A stretch of DNA of 44,576 nucleotides from an uncultured bacterium (GCA_965372335.1 CBDVBX010000002.1:1-44576); one strand, 5' to 3'. Shown: positions 28,845-39,145, counted from the stretch's first letter. Numbers and translations: made by a program. Notes: a model not told the origin generated them from the letters alone.

Positions 28845-30460
28845 TGTCAGAGGATCTACCAAAATCGGAAGAACTGGCGAAGGTCGATTACGATCCACCC
28901 AAAAGGGATTGGATGGACCCAACCGTCGAGATTCGTAGGGGTAACTACAACTACGGTTCCAACCCAAAATCTGCCGAATACCTCGACATGCCTTACGTGC
29001 GGAAGTTTGATCCGAAGGCCGACGATTGGAATCTCCCCGACAACTGGAAGCAGATAGTCCTCGAGGGAATGCGGGATCGGATTATGAAGTACCGGTCGTT
29101 CCACGTCTTCATGGATATTTGCGTCAGGTGCGGCGCGTGCGCGGACAAGTGTCATTTTTTTCTCGGTTCCGGTGACCCGAAGAATATGCCGGTACTGCGC
29201 GCGGAGCTTCTCAGATCGATTTATCGACGGGAATTTACGACCGCCGGCAAAATCATGGGAAAGATGGCCGGTGCGCGCGAGCTAACGCCCGAAGTAATCA
29301 AGGAATGGTTTTATTACTTCTATCAGTGTACTGAATGCCGCCGGTGCTCGGTGTTCTGCCCGTACGGCATCGACACGGCCGAAATTACAATGATGGGGCG
29401 CGAGCTGCTTCACCTCCTCGGTATCGGCATCGACTGGGTCACCACGCCGGCGGCGAACTGTTTCCGGACGGGAAACCACCTCGGGATTCAGCCGCACGGC
29501 TTCAAGGACAGCATCGATTTCGCGGCCGACGACCTCAAGGATTTGACCGGCGTCGATGTCGAGGTGCCGGTCAACAAGAAGGGCGCAGAGGTTCTGTTCG
29601 TCGTGCCGTCAGCCGATTATTTCGGCGATCCGCACTACTTCGGATTCCTCGGATACCTCGCGTTGTTTCATGAGATCGGTCTCGATTACACGTTGAGCAC
29701 ATTTGCCTCTGAGGGTGGTAATTTCGGGCTTTTTCACTCGGCGGATATGATGAAGCGCCTGAACGCCAAGCTCTATGCCGAGGCCAAGCGTCTGGGCTCA
29801 AAGTGGATCCTCGGCGGCGAGTGCGGTCACATGTGGCGTGTGCTGCACCAGTACATGGACACGATGAACGGCCCTGCCGATTTTCTGGAGGTACCGGTGT
29901 CGCCGATTACGGGCACAAGATTCGAAAACGCCAAAACGACTAAAATGGTACACATCTGCGAATTCACCGCGGATTTGATTCAAAACGACAAGGTCAAACT
30001 GGATCCCAGTCGCAACGATCACTGGCGGGTGACGTTTCACGATTCTTGTAACCCTGCGCGGGCGATGGGGATACTCGATGAACCGCGTTATATCATGCGG
30101 AAGGTGTGCAACCATTTCTACGAAATGCCGGAAAACACAATACGAGAACAAACGTTCTGCTGCGGCGCCGGATCCGGGTTGGGAACCGACGAGAACCTGG
30201 AGATGAGGTTGCGGGGCGGGTTCCCAAGAGGAAACGCCTTGAGGTACGTGCAGGAGAAACACGACGTCAATTTGATGGCGTGCATTTGCGCCATTGATAA
30301 GGCCACGCTGCCGGCGTTGGCGGACTACTGGGCACCGGGCGTTCAGATCGGCAGTTTACACGAGTTAGTAGGAAACGCGCTCGTTATGAAGGGTGAGAAC
30401 AGGCCCACAGACCTCCGATCGCGACCGTACGAAACCGAGGAGGAGCAAAAGGATGAATGA
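28844..30460 (+). CDS. dsrK: DsrK catalytic subunit
   Basis: CVRCGACADKC, CTECRRCSVFC, GECGHMWR, HDSCNPAR, CCGAGSG, CAIDKA. Confidence 0.98.
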   Translation: MSEDLPKSEELAKVDYDPPKRDWMDPTVEIRRGNYNYGSNPKSAEYLDMPYVRKFDPKADDWNLPDNWKQIVLEGMRDRIMKYRSFHVFMDICVRCGACADKCHFFLGSGDPKNMPVLRAELLRSIYRREFTTAGKIMGKMAGARELTPEVIKEWFYYFYQCTECRRCSVFCPYGIDTAEITMMGRELLHLLGIGIDWVTTPAANCFRTGNHLGIQPHGFKDSIDFAADDLKDLTGVDVEVPVNKKGAEVLFVVPSADYFGDPHYFGFLGYLALFHEIGLDYTLSTFASEGGNFGLFHSADMMKRLNAKLYAEAKRLGSKWILGGECGHMWRVLHQYMDTMNGPADFLEVPVSPITGTRFENAKTTKMVHICEFTADLIQNDKVKLDPSRNDHWRVTFHDSCNPARAMGILDEPRYIMRKVCNHFYEMPENTIREQTFCCGAGSGLGTDENLEMRLRGGFPRGNALRYVQEKHDVNLMACICAIDKATLPALADYWAPGVQIGSLHELVGNALVMKGENRPTDLRSRPYETEEEQKDE

Positions 30461-30836
30461 CGCCGGTAAAATCATAGGCGGCCTCGTTATCTTTATCGCA
30501 GCCGTGACATCGCCTATGTGGTTTCACATAGCAAAGGGCACCGTGCCGACTCCTCCCGATCCAAAAATCGTAACGGACGCAGAGAATTGCGTGGCGCCGG
30601 TCGAGTACATGAGATCCCTGCACATGGATCTGCTCAACGAGTGGAGAGATGACGTTGTCCGCAGAGGGGACAGAATTCATACTGGTCCGGATGGAAAAGA
30701 GTACGACAAGAGCCTCTCACGCACTTGTATGAACTGCCATTACAACAAGGCCGATTTCTGTGACGCATGTCACGATTACGCCGGAGTGAATCCGTATTGC
30801 TGGGATTGTCACGTTGAACCGACGGAGAATCAGTGA
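30453..30836 (+). CDS. dsrJ: DsrJ triheme cytochrome c
   Basis: N-terminal hydrophobic segment; HMDLLNEWRD; CMNCH, CDACH, CWDCH. Confidence 0.95.
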   Translation: MNDAGKIIGGLVIFIAAVTSPMWFHIAKGTVPTPPDPKIVTDAENCVAPVEYMRSLHMDLLNEWRDDVVRRGDRIHTGPDGKEYDKSLSRTCMNCHYNKADFCDACHDYAGVNPYCWDCHVEPTENQ

Positions 30837-31615
30837 TGGGAATAAATAGACGCAAATTCATAACAATTGCGGGCGTTTCGGCCCTGGGTCTGGCCGGCGG
30901 TGCAGCTGCTCCACGAATACTACGGGCGGACGATGCATCCGAGGTGTTGGAGCGAGGCAAGCCCTTGATCGCGGGGCGTTGGGCGATGGTCATCGATCTC
31001 AAGAAGTGCCAAAAAGCCAAAGACTGTGACGATTGCGTCAAAGCTTGTAACGTGACTCACAACATACCTCAGTTCGACAATCCCAAAGACGAAATAAAGT
31101 GGATATGGAAAGAGCCGTTCGAACACGCATTTCATGAACTGGAATATGAGCACGCGAGCGAGGAACTAAAACACAGCCCGGTCCTGCTCCTGTGCAACCA
31201 CTGTGACAACCCGCCGTGTGTGAAGGTGTGTCCCACCCAGGCGACGTGGAAGAGGGAAGAGGACGGCATCGTGATGATGGATTGGCACCGCTGCATCGGA
31301 TGCCGGTACTGCGTCGCGGCGTGTCCTTACGGTTCGCGGAGCTTCAACTGGCGAGATCCGAGGCCGTTTATCGAAGATATACATGACGAGTATCCCACGA
31401 GATCACGCGGTGTCATCGAAAAATGCACCTTCTGTGAAGAGCGTCTTGCCAAGGGACTAAAGCCAGCTTGTGTTGAAGCGTGCAAGGAAAAGGCGATCTA
31501 TTTTGGCGACCTGGAAGATCCCAACTCGGAAGTCAGGGAGATTCTCGGCGAGCACTTTGCTATCAGGCGTAAGCCCGGACTGGGAACGAAGCCTGAGGTC
31601 TACTACCTGGTGTGA
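30836..31615 (+). CDS. dsrO: DsrO periplasmic Fe-S protein
   Basis: Tat signal NRRKFI; CNHCDNPPCVKVCP, CIGCRYCVAACP, EKCTFC. Alternative GTG start at 30833. Confidence 0.96.
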   Translation: MGINRRKFITIAGVSALGLAGGAAAPRILRADDASEVLERGKPLIAGRWAMVIDLKKCQKAKDCDDCVKACNVTHNIPQFDNPKDEIKWIWKEPFEHAFHELEYEHASEELKHSPVLLLCNHCDNPPCVKVCPTQATWKREEDGIVMMDWHRCIGCRYCVAACPYGSRSFNWRDPRPFIEDIHDEYPTRSRGVIEKCTFCEERLAKGLKPACVEACKEKAIYFGDLEDPNSEVREILGEHFAIRRKPGLGTKPEVYYLV

Positions 31616-31622
31616 GGTAATC

Positions 31623-32777
31623 ATGTTAGAGAAAGCGCTGGTTGGACACAAAAGATACTGGGTGTGGGTCTTCTTCCTGGCAGCGGTGATTTTTGTCGCG
31701 TTCTTGTTCTACCTTCGGCAGTTCAGTGAAGGATTGACGATTACCGGTATGAGCCGCGACGTCACCTGGGGTTTATACATCGCGCAGTTTACCTTTCTAG
31801 TCGGCGTGGCAGCGTCGGCAGTAATGGTGGTGCTGCCATACTATCTCCACAATTATAAAGTCTTCGGCAAGATCACTATTTTGGGCGAATTCCTCGCAAT
31901 CGGCGCGGTAATCATGTGCATGATGTTCATCTTCGTCGACATGGGGCAGCCGCTGCGAATACTCAATGTGTTTCGGTTTCCGACACTCCACTCACTGATG
32001 TTTTGGGACACAGTCGCGTTGATGGGCTACCTGTTACTCAATATATTGATCTCTCATTATACGTTGAACTCAGAGCGCAAGGGCGTAGCCCCACCGCGTT
32101 GGATCAAACCGATCATCATTCTCTCGATCCCGTGGGCTATTAGCATCCATACCGTTACGGCGTTTTTGTATTCAGGGCTCGCCGCTCGTCCGTTCTGGAT
32201 GACGGCAATCCTGGCGCCGCGATTTCTGGCTTCGGCATTTTCAGCGGGGCCAGCCCTTCTCATACTCTTCTGTTTTCTGCTGAGGAAGATCACTCGTTTC
32301 GACGCGGGTAAAGAGGCGATCCAGAAACTGGCCGTGATCGTCACCTACGCTATGGCGGTAAACGTTTTCTTTGTGCTCATGGAGCTTTTCACGGCCATAT
32401 ACAGCAACATTCCTGAGCACATCAATCACTTCCAGTATATGTTTTTCGGAATCGACGGCCACACCAAACTCGTTCCCTGGATGTGGACGTCAGTCGTGTT
32501 GTCGATCATCTCGTTGCTCATGCTTCTGAATCCCGGTACCCGAAAGAACGAACGAACTCTCGGATTCGCCTGCGCGGCTATTTTCATCGCACTATGGATC
32601 GACAAGGGGTTGGGTTTGGTTGTGACCGGGTTTATCCCCAATCCGCTCGGCGTAGTTGTCGAATACTGGCCGACGTTTCCCGAAGTGATGATCGTGATCG
32701 GCGTTTACGGGATTGGCGCGCTGGCGGTAACGCTGCTGTATAAGATCGCACTTTCGGTCAGGGGCGAGGTTTCCTGA
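31623..32777 (+). CDS. dsrP: DsrP NrfD-family membrane protein
   Basis: TGMSRDVTWGLYIAQFTFLVGVAA, SIPWAISIHTVTAFL, LAPRFLASAF; ATG 31623 after GAGG. Confidence 0.96.
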   Translation: MLEKALVGHKRYWVWVFFLAAVIFVAFLFYLRQFSEGLTITGMSRDVTWGLYIAQFTFLVGVAASAVMVVLPYYLHNYKVFGKITILGEFLAIGAVIMCMMFIFVDMGQPLRILNVFRFPTLHSLMFWDTVALMGYLLLNILISHYTLNSERKGVAPPRWIKPIIILSIPWAISIHTVTAFLYSGLAARPFWMTAILAPRFLASAFSAGPALLILFCFLLRKITRFDAGKEAIQKLAVIVTYAMAVNVFFVLMELFTAIYSNIPEHINHFQYMFFGIDGHTKLVPWMWTSVVLSIISLLMLLNPGTRKNERTLGFACAAIFIALWIDKGLGLVVTGFIPNPLGVVVEYWPTFPEVMIVIGVYGIGALAVTLLYKIALSVRGEVS

Positions 32778-32800
32778 CCTGACCCCAGGGGCCACCGAAC

Positions 32801-34504
32801 ATGCTAACGGACGCACAGAAGTCTGACTTCGTCATCATCGGTGGTGTTGCGGCCGGACCAAAAACCGCGGCGACTTTGGCCCGACGTGTTCCCAATGCCA
32901 GCATCACGCTCTTTCAGCGCGAAGCACATTTGTCTTACGCCACTTGCGGATTTCCCTTCTTTGCATCCGGAGAAGTCAACAGCTTCGAGGAGCTGCTCAA
33001 AACGTCTTTCGGTGTGGTCCGGGATGCGGAGTTTTTTCGGAACGTCAAGGGATTCTCGGCGATCACTTCTGCCGAGGTCACCCGAATCGACCGTAACAAG
33101 AAAACCATAACGGCAAAACTTCTGGAAACCGGCGAAACTGTTGAACACGGATATGGCCGCCTCGTGATCGCGACCGGAGCAACGCCCACTCGAGCGCCCA
33201 TGCCGGTTCCGGACAGCAGTCGGGTGAGACCGTTTACACGACCGGCTGACGCAATCGACTTCAGACAAAACGCCCAGCGCGGTGAGATCGAAAACGCCGT
33301 GATAGTTGGTGGGGGGTTCATCGGAGTCGAGTTGTGCGAAGCCGTCAAGGACATGTGGGGAATCGAAGCGACGTTATTCGAAAAGCAATCGCAGCTGCTC
33401 CCGTACATGCTTGACAAGGAGATGGCCGCGATCGTCCAGCGGTCGATGGTGAGCGAGGGCGTTGACGTCGTCACGGACGCCGACGTAGTCGAGATCCAAC
33501 TCGACGCCGAAGGCAAGCCGGTGGTCTCCGTTCGAGGCCGCGAACCGCTGAGCACAGACTATGTATTTCTATGCCTGGGAGTGCAACCGGAAGTGTCTCT
33601 CGCGCGTGATTGTGGACTGGATATCGGAGAGACGGGCGGCATCCGCGTCGATCAATTCTTGCGGACGAACGACGCCGACATTTTTGCCGGCGGGGATTGC
33701 ATCGAGTCGCGGCACGCGATCACGGGAAAGCCGTGCTACCTGTCGATGGGGTCCCTGGCCAACCGGCACGGTCGCGTCATCGCTGAAAATTTAGCGGGGG
33801 GGACCACGGAGTATCCCGGCGTGCTTGGCGCCTTTGTGCTGCGGGCGTTCGAGACTCACATCGGGGGCGTGGGCCTGAGCGAGCAGCCGGCGCGCGATGC
33901 GGGGTTCGAGGTCAGGTCGGTGTGGGGGTCGTTTTCTGACCGGCCGGACTACAACCCGGAAGTAAAGACACTCTCGTTGAAGATGCTTTACGAGGAGGGG
34001 ACCAACCGCCTGCTGGGGCTACAGGCGGTGGGCAAAGGCGACATCTGCCGCCGAGTAGACGTGTTCTCTTCGTTGCTCCGTCGGGGGGCGTTGGTGGACG
34101 ACCTGTTCGACTTCGAACACGGTTATGCGCCGCCATTCGCAGAAGCGCTCGACCCTCTCCACCACATGGCTGGGATTGCCGCGGCCGGACAGCGAAACGT
34201 GACGTTTGTCAGCCCTGACATCGCTTCTGTTTCGATCGGCAAAGATGATGTGCTTCTCGACGTCCGCGAGACCGAGGAGGCCAACGCGGAATTGTTACCA
34301 ATACCGTTATCGGAAACATCCGAAAAGATTGTCGTGATCCCCCTCACCGAACTGCGAGACCGCGTCGGCGAACTCGATCGCGACAGGCGAGTCCTCGTCA
34401 TTTGCCGGCGCGGAATGCGAGCCTACCATGCGGCCCTGATTCTCCAGGCCGCGGGCTTCGAAAGGATCGAAATCCTGGCGGCGGGCTTGCTGGCGCAGTG
34501 GTGA
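32801..34504 (+). CDS. CoA-disulfide / NADH:persulfide reductase (Npsr-like) with C-terminal rhodanese domain
   Basis: GGVAAG, SYATCG redox Cys, GGGFIGVE, FAGGDC, YAPPF, then LDVRE...ICRRGMRAY. Confidence 0.88.
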   Translation: MLTDAQKSDFVIIGGVAAGPKTAATLARRVPNASITLFQREAHLSYATCGFPFFASGEVNSFEELLKTSFGVVRDAEFFRNVKGFSAITSAEVTRIDRNKKTITAKLLETGETVEHGYGRLVIATGATPTRAPMPVPDSSRVRPFTRPADAIDFRQNAQRGEIENAVIVGGGFIGVELCEAVKDMWGIEATLFEKQSQLLPYMLDKEMAAIVQRSMVSEGVDVVTDADVVEIQLDAEGKPVVSVRGREPLSTDYVFLCLGVQPEVSLARDCGLDIGETGGIRVDQFLRTNDADIFAGGDCIESRHAITGKPCYLSMGSLANRHGRVIAENLAGGTTEYPGVLGAFVLRAFETHIGGVGLSEQPARDAGFEVRSVWGSFSDRPDYNPEVKTLSLKMLYEEGTNRLLGLQAVGKGDICRRVDVFSSLLRRGALVDDLFDFEHGYAPPFAEALDPLHHMAGIAAAGQRNVTFVSPDIASVSIGKDDVLLDVRETEEANAELLPIPLSETSEKIVVIPLTELRDRVGELDRDRRVLVICRRGMRAYHAALILQAAGFERIEILAAGLLAQW

Positions 34505-34574
34505 TGCTGTATAGTGTTGTTCTGCCGGCGTCGTAGCATCCTGCCATAACTGTCAATGTCAAGGAAACAGGGTT

Positions 34575-35660
34575 GTGGAATCCGACAATTGGAGACTTGT
34601 CATTTGCGGCCTGACGCACAAATCCTCGTCGTTGGAGCAACGCGAGTCGCTACAGTTGGGCACTGAAGAACTACCCGGTGCCAACGCGATGTTTTCCGGG
34701 CTGTCTGGCGTGCGAGAGTCCGCGATCTTGTCCACCTGCAATCGCATTGAGTTCTACTTTGTGACCCGTCGGCAGATCGAACCATTCGATGTTGTGTCGA
34801 GGTTTTACTGGAAGTTCAAGGGATTGGATGTGGCGCCGCACAGAGATCTGTTCGATACGAAAACGGGACGGGATGCGGCGGATCAACTGTTTCGCATCGC
34901 CGCGGGCATCGATTCCATGGTTATTGGTGAGAGCCAAATCCTCGGGCAAGTCAAAGACGCCTACAGCTCGGCGTGCGCCGCTAAATCGGCGGGAAAGGTC
35001 ATTCACCGGTTGTTCCACCACTCGTTCCGGGTCGGAAAGCGTGTCCGTTCCGAAACCGATATCGGCAAAGGAGCTTGCTCCGTAAGTTCGGCGGTGACGG
35101 AGATGTTAGAGGACAAGCTGAAAGCGGTCGGGAGACCCACCGTTCTGTTTGTTGGCGTCAGCCAGATGATACGGCTTGCGGCCAAGCGCCTGAGCCGTAT
35201 GAGCAGTTGCAGTTTCGTGTTTGCAAACCGAACCCTGAAAAAAGCCCAGCAACTGGCGGCTGGCTTCGGCGCGGAGGGCTTTGGGCTCGATGCGTTGACC
35301 GATCTGCTGACGCGCGCCGACATCGTTATCAGCTGTACGTCGTCCGATCAACCGATCATCGACCAGAATACAATGACGGATGTGATGGATCGCCGGCCAA
35401 CCTCGCGGCTATTGCTCGTAGACATGGCGATCCCGCGCGATATCGACGTGCCGAAAGACTGGCACCCACTGGTCGACGTGTACGACCTCGAGGACGTCAA
35501 GCGGTTTGTATCTGACCGGCAACAACAGCGCCAGTCGGCGGTGCCGGAAGCGGAAGAGATCATCGGCCGCAGGCTGGATGAGTTTGACTATTGGTACCAA
35601 CACGTACTCCTTGAACCCGTTTACAATGGCCAAACTATAGTCGGAGTGAACGCACCATGA
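34575..35660 (+). CDS. hemA: Glutamyl-tRNA reductase, C-terminally short
   Basis: GLTHK, STCNRIEFY, GIDSMVIGESQILGQVKDA, DMAIPRDID. Confidence 0.9.
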   Translation: MESDNWRLVICGLTHKSSSLEQRESLQLGTEELPGANAMFSGLSGVRESAILSTCNRIEFYFVTRRQIEPFDVVSRFYWKFKGLDVAPHRDLFDTKTGRDAADQLFRIAAGIDSMVIGESQILGQVKDAYSSACAAKSAGKVIHRLFHHSFRVGKRVRSETDIGKGACSVSSAVTEMLEDKLKAVGRPTVLFVGVSQMIRLAAKRLSRMSSCSFVFANRTLKKAQQLAAGFGAEGFGLDALTDLLTRADIVISCTSSDQPIIDQNTMTDVMDRRPTSRLLLVDMAIPRDIDVPKDWHPLVDVYDLEDVKRFVSDRQQQRQSAVPEAEEIIGRRLDEFDYWYQHVLLEPVYNGQTIVGVNAP

Positions 35661-36301
35661 GTTACAAATACATGCCCGTCAGTATTTCCGTCAAAAACCG
35701 AGCGTGCTTGGTGGTCGGCGGAGGATCAGTTGCGCTTCGTAAAGTCGAGACTCTAATGGAATATGACACGGTGATTACCGTCGTGGCTCCTGAAGTGCAC
35801 GAGAAACTGGAGTATCATGCGGGCCGGGGGAGAATAACGCTGGAAAAACGGGAGTATCGTTCACCGGAAGCCGCCGCGTACGGCCTGGTGATATCGGCCA
35901 GCGACGACAAAGCGCTCAACAAGAGGGTGTACGAAGACGCACACGGGGCCGGTACGTTGGTCAACGTCGTCGATGATCCGCCGCATTGCGATTTTGTATT
36001 TCCGGCCGTCCTTAGACGAGGCTGTTTGACGACGGCGATATCGACCGACGGCAAGGCACCATTCATGTCAGGCCATCTACGCCTGGTGCTGGAAAACATT
36101 TTCCCCGGACACTGGGAAGGTCTCATGAAACTGGCGGCCAAATACCGGACCATGGTACGCGCTCGTTGGAGAGACGATCCCGAGAAAAAGAACATTTGCT
36201 ATACCGAGTTTCTGGAGGCGGATTGGAAGAGCATGCTGAAGGAAAAGAATCAAGAAGAACTTGAGGCTGAACTCGAGCGAATGCTGGAGATTCCCGCGTA
36301 A
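35657..36301 (+). CDS. sirC: Precorrin-2 dehydrogenase/ferrochelatase (SirC/Met8/CysG N-terminal type)
   Basis: VVGGGSVALRK, VNVVDDPPHCDF, AISTDGKAP; ATGA overlap with hemA. Confidence 0.88.
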   Translation: MSYKYMPVSISVKNRACLVVGGGSVALRKVETLMEYDTVITVVAPEVHEKLEYHAGRGRITLEKREYRSPEAAAYGLVISASDDKALNKRVYEDAHGAGTLVNVVDDPPHCDFVFPAVLRRGCLTTAISTDGKAPFMSGHLRLVLENIFPGHWEGLMKLAAKYRTMVRARWRDDPEKKNICYTEFLEADWKSMLKEKNQEELEAELERMLEIPA

Positions 36302-36319
36302 TCCTTTGCGGAAGTAGAC

Positions 36320-37897
36320 ATGCCCAATCACAATTATGAGGAAGGAATCGTCTACCTGGTCGGTGCCGGTCCCGGTGATCCCGATTTGATCACCGTCAGG
36401 GCGAACTACTTATTACACCACTGTGATGTGGTGGTCTACGACAGTTTGATACCGTACGAACTGGTTTATACGTTACCGGCCGAGATCGAGCGTCGCTATG
36501 TCGGCAAAGAGTCGGGTCGACACTCGTTGCCTCAAGAAGAAATCAACAACTTGCTGGTGCGTCTCGCTCTGGACAGAAAGCGTGTCGTGCGGCTCAAGGG
36601 TGGGGACCCATTTGTATTTGGCAGGGGGGGAGAAGAAGCGAAGTATTTGAAGGAGCACGGCATACGGTACGAAGTAGTGCCCGGGATCACGTCGGGTGTG
36701 GCCGCGCTGGCCTACGCTGGCATTCCGTGTACCGACCGGGAGAACGCGTCGTACGTGATGTTTCTCACCGGCCATAAAGCCATCGAAAAAGCATCTTCCA
36801 GCGCGCCGTGGGATTGGGTGGCCGGTGCGCGAGAGGGAACGCTGGTGATTTACATGGCCGTCTCAGAAATCAAGAGTATTGTCGACCAACTCCTCGATGC
36901 CGGGATGTCGCCGAACGTAGCCGCGGCCGTCGTGGAACGGGGTACTTTTTCCACACAGCGCGTGGTGCGGACGGAGCTGGCGCAGCTGCCGGGGAAGGTT
37001 GCCGAGGTCGGGATCAAGCCGCCGGCGCTGTTTGTCATCGGTGAGGTCGCGACCTACCGCGAGAAAATCCAATGGTTCAGAGACCGGCCCTTGTTCGGGG
37101 TTAGAGTGATGGTGACGCGGCCCGCCGACCAGGCAGCTCCTTTGTACAGGACGCTAAGAGAACTGGGCGCAGAGGTCCTGGCGTATCCCACGATCGCCAC
37201 GGCGGAGGACCACCGGCCCGACCAGTGGGATGCGCTTCGCAAAATCACCACCGATGATCGCTGGTTGGTACTGACCAACGAAAACAGCGTCCGTTATTTT
37301 CTCAACCAGTGGTTTACCGAAATAGGAGATTTGCGCGGATTGAATAAATACAAGATTGCCGTCGTCGGAGACGGGACCGCCCGTGCTCTGGCTGCCAATC
37401 ACATTGCGCCCGATTTTGTACCGAGTAAGACGGCTACATCTATACTCGCCCGGGAGTTGGCTGAAAAGCTACGGGGGACCAGCGCCACCGTCGTGCGTGT
37501 TCGCGGCAACCTCAGCGATGACCAGTTCGAAAAAACGGTTGGGCAAGCCGGCAAAGCCGGCGCAGCCGGCGTGGATATTATTCCGTTACAGGTCTACAGG
37601 ACCTTCCACGTGAAATGGCCCACCGAGGCAAGGGAAAAGCTGTTCGCGTTTCCCCCGGATGTCATCCTGTTCACCAGCGCCGCCGCCATAGATGGTCTGG
37701 CCGAGAATCTCGATGCCGAAGCGTTGAGGCGGCTTGCCGGAGACGCGACGGTGGCGTCGATAGGACCGTCAACGTCGAAGACTATCCGCTCTTACGGCAT
37801 AAATGTGGATTTAGAATCAGAGGAGCACACGATAGCGTCGATGGTCGACGAACTGGTTGCCGTACATCGGACCACGCCATTGCCCAAGAAGCGGTGA
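36320..37897 (+). CDS. cobA: Uroporphyrinogen-III C-methyltransferase / uroporphyrinogen-III synthase fusion (CobA-HemD)
   Basis: GAGPGDPDL, RLKGGDPFVFGRGGEE, VPGITS; then PLFGVRVMVTRP, FTS, SIGPST. Confidence 0.93.
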   Translation: MPNHNYEEGIVYLVGAGPGDPDLITVRANYLLHHCDVVVYDSLIPYELVYTLPAEIERRYVGKESGRHSLPQEEINNLLVRLALDRKRVVRLKGGDPFVFGRGGEEAKYLKEHGIRYEVVPGITSGVAALAYAGIPCTDRENASYVMFLTGHKAIEKASSSAPWDWVAGAREGTLVIYMAVSEIKSIVDQLLDAGMSPNVAAAVVERGTFSTQRVVRTELAQLPGKVAEVGIKPPALFVIGEVATYREKIQWFRDRPLFGVRVMVTRPADQAAPLYRTLRELGAEVLAYPTIATAEDHRPDQWDALRKITTDDRWLVLTNENSVRYFLNQWFTEIGDLRGLNKYKIAVVGDGTARALAANHIAPDFVPSKTATSILARELAEKLRGTSATVVRVRGNLSDDQFEKTVGQAGKAGAAGVDIIPLQVYRTFHVKWPTEAREKLFAFPPDVILFTSAAAIDGLAENLDAEALRRLAGDATVASIGPSTSKTIRSYGINVDLESEEHTIASMVDELVAVHRTTPLPKKR

Positions 37898-37914
37898 CCT
37901 TCCTGCCAAAATAA

Positions 37915-37940
37915 ACTGGCCGCCGAGAGAAGCGGCCAGT
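37915..37940 (-). terminator. Intrinsic terminator between convergent cobA and qmoC
   Basis: ACTGGCCGC, 8 nt loop, GCGGCCAGT; T-rich tail (TTATTTT) on the minus strand. Confidence 0.7.
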
Positions 37941-37972
37941 AAATCTGCGAAGTTGAGATCCAGTTTAACCTA

Positions 37973-39145
37973 CTACTCTTTTACCCGTCCTACGGTGCGC
38001 GAATATACGAGTGCCAAGCTGCGGTAGAACATGTGGGCGAATTTGGAGTACGGCATATACCACAGCAGGAAGTATACGAACAGTATGTGGAGGAAGTAGG
38101 TCGCGTACGCAATCATCGATATGCCAGACAATCGAATGATCCATGACAACATCCCCGTCAGACCGGTAAAGAACATCACGTACAAGAACAGCTGGTCGGT
38201 GTACCCGTTGGCGCCGACATCGTCTTTGCCCATCCAGCGGCGATAGATCAACAAAGCGCCGCCGATCAGCAGCGCCGTACCGCTCAACGCACCCAGTATC
38301 TTTACCGGATGGGGCAGCTCCACCGGAACCGAGAAAAAGGAATTTACACCCTCGGCGCCTATCAGATGGATGTAGTGAGGGATAAAAACAAAGCCCAGGA
38401 CCAATGCCGTGGTGATCATCGCGCCGATAAAACCGAATAACAAGATCATGTGGCCAATTGCACGCGGGTGATTTGCACCGCACTCCCGAAATCTGGAATG
38501 CCCGAAAATTTCTTTGATGGTAAGCACGAGCGCAGGGCCAAACGAGAGCTGCTTAGCTTCGCCACGCGACTGTAACAATTTCCAAAACCGCACAAAACCC
38601 ACGGCGGCAAATATGAAAATGATGATGTTGCCGAATACGAACAATGCGTCGACGGAGCTGTGCGGCAAAAATAAATTAAAATCGACGACATTGCTCGTCA
38701 TGAATTCATACGATCCGTCGGCGGCCCTAGGGGCCGTGAAGATGATGCAAGCAACCATGATAATGATTGGGACGAGCAACAACAGCGGCAAAGCCGTGGG
38801 GCTCGCCAATGCCCGGCCCATAAAGGACGGAAAAGCGAAGTGTTTATAAGTGTAAGACCGCACCGCGGCAAGTACGTCTCCTGGCCGCGCTCCTCGCGGA
38901 CAATAGGTCGTGCAATCGTTGCACTGGTAGCATAACCACACGTCCGGATCCTTCATTAGTTCATCGGATTGGCCCCACGACGCCATTAACATCTCTTTAC
39001 GTGGGAACGGCTTGTCGTCGGGGGACAGGTTGCAGACCGTCGAACAGGTGGCGCACTGGTAGCACTTCTTGAGCGTCTCACCACCAGCGTTCTTCACCTC
39101 CCGTATGAAGTTCATGTCCGGTTCGACTATTCGTACGCCGGCCAT
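37973..39145 (-). CDS. qmoC: QmoC membrane subunit (Fe-S plus heme b)
   Basis: CYQCATCSTVC, FPRKEM, CYQCNDCTTYCPRGARPG, HPVKILG, YFLH...PYSKFAHMFYR; ATG 39145 after GAAGGAG. Confidence 0.96.
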   Translation of the reverse strand: MAGVRIVEPDMNFIREVKNAGGETLKKCYQCATCSTVCNLSPDDKPFPRKEMLMASWGQSDELMKDPDVWLCYQCNDCTTYCPRGARPGDVLAAVRSYTYKHFAFPSFMGRALASPTALPLLLLVPIIIMVACIIFTAPRAADGSYEFMTSNVVDFNLFLPHSSVDALFVFGNIIIFIFAAVGFVRFWKLLQSRGEAKQLSFGPALVLTIKEIFGHSRFRECGANHPRAIGHMILLFGFIGAMITTALVLGFVFIPHYIHLIGAEGVNSFFSVPVELPHPVKILGALSGTALLIGGALLIYRRWMGKDDVGANGYTDQLFLYVMFFTGLTGMLSWIIRLSGISMIAYATYFLHILFVYFLLWYMPYSKFAHMFYRSLALVYSRTVGRVKE

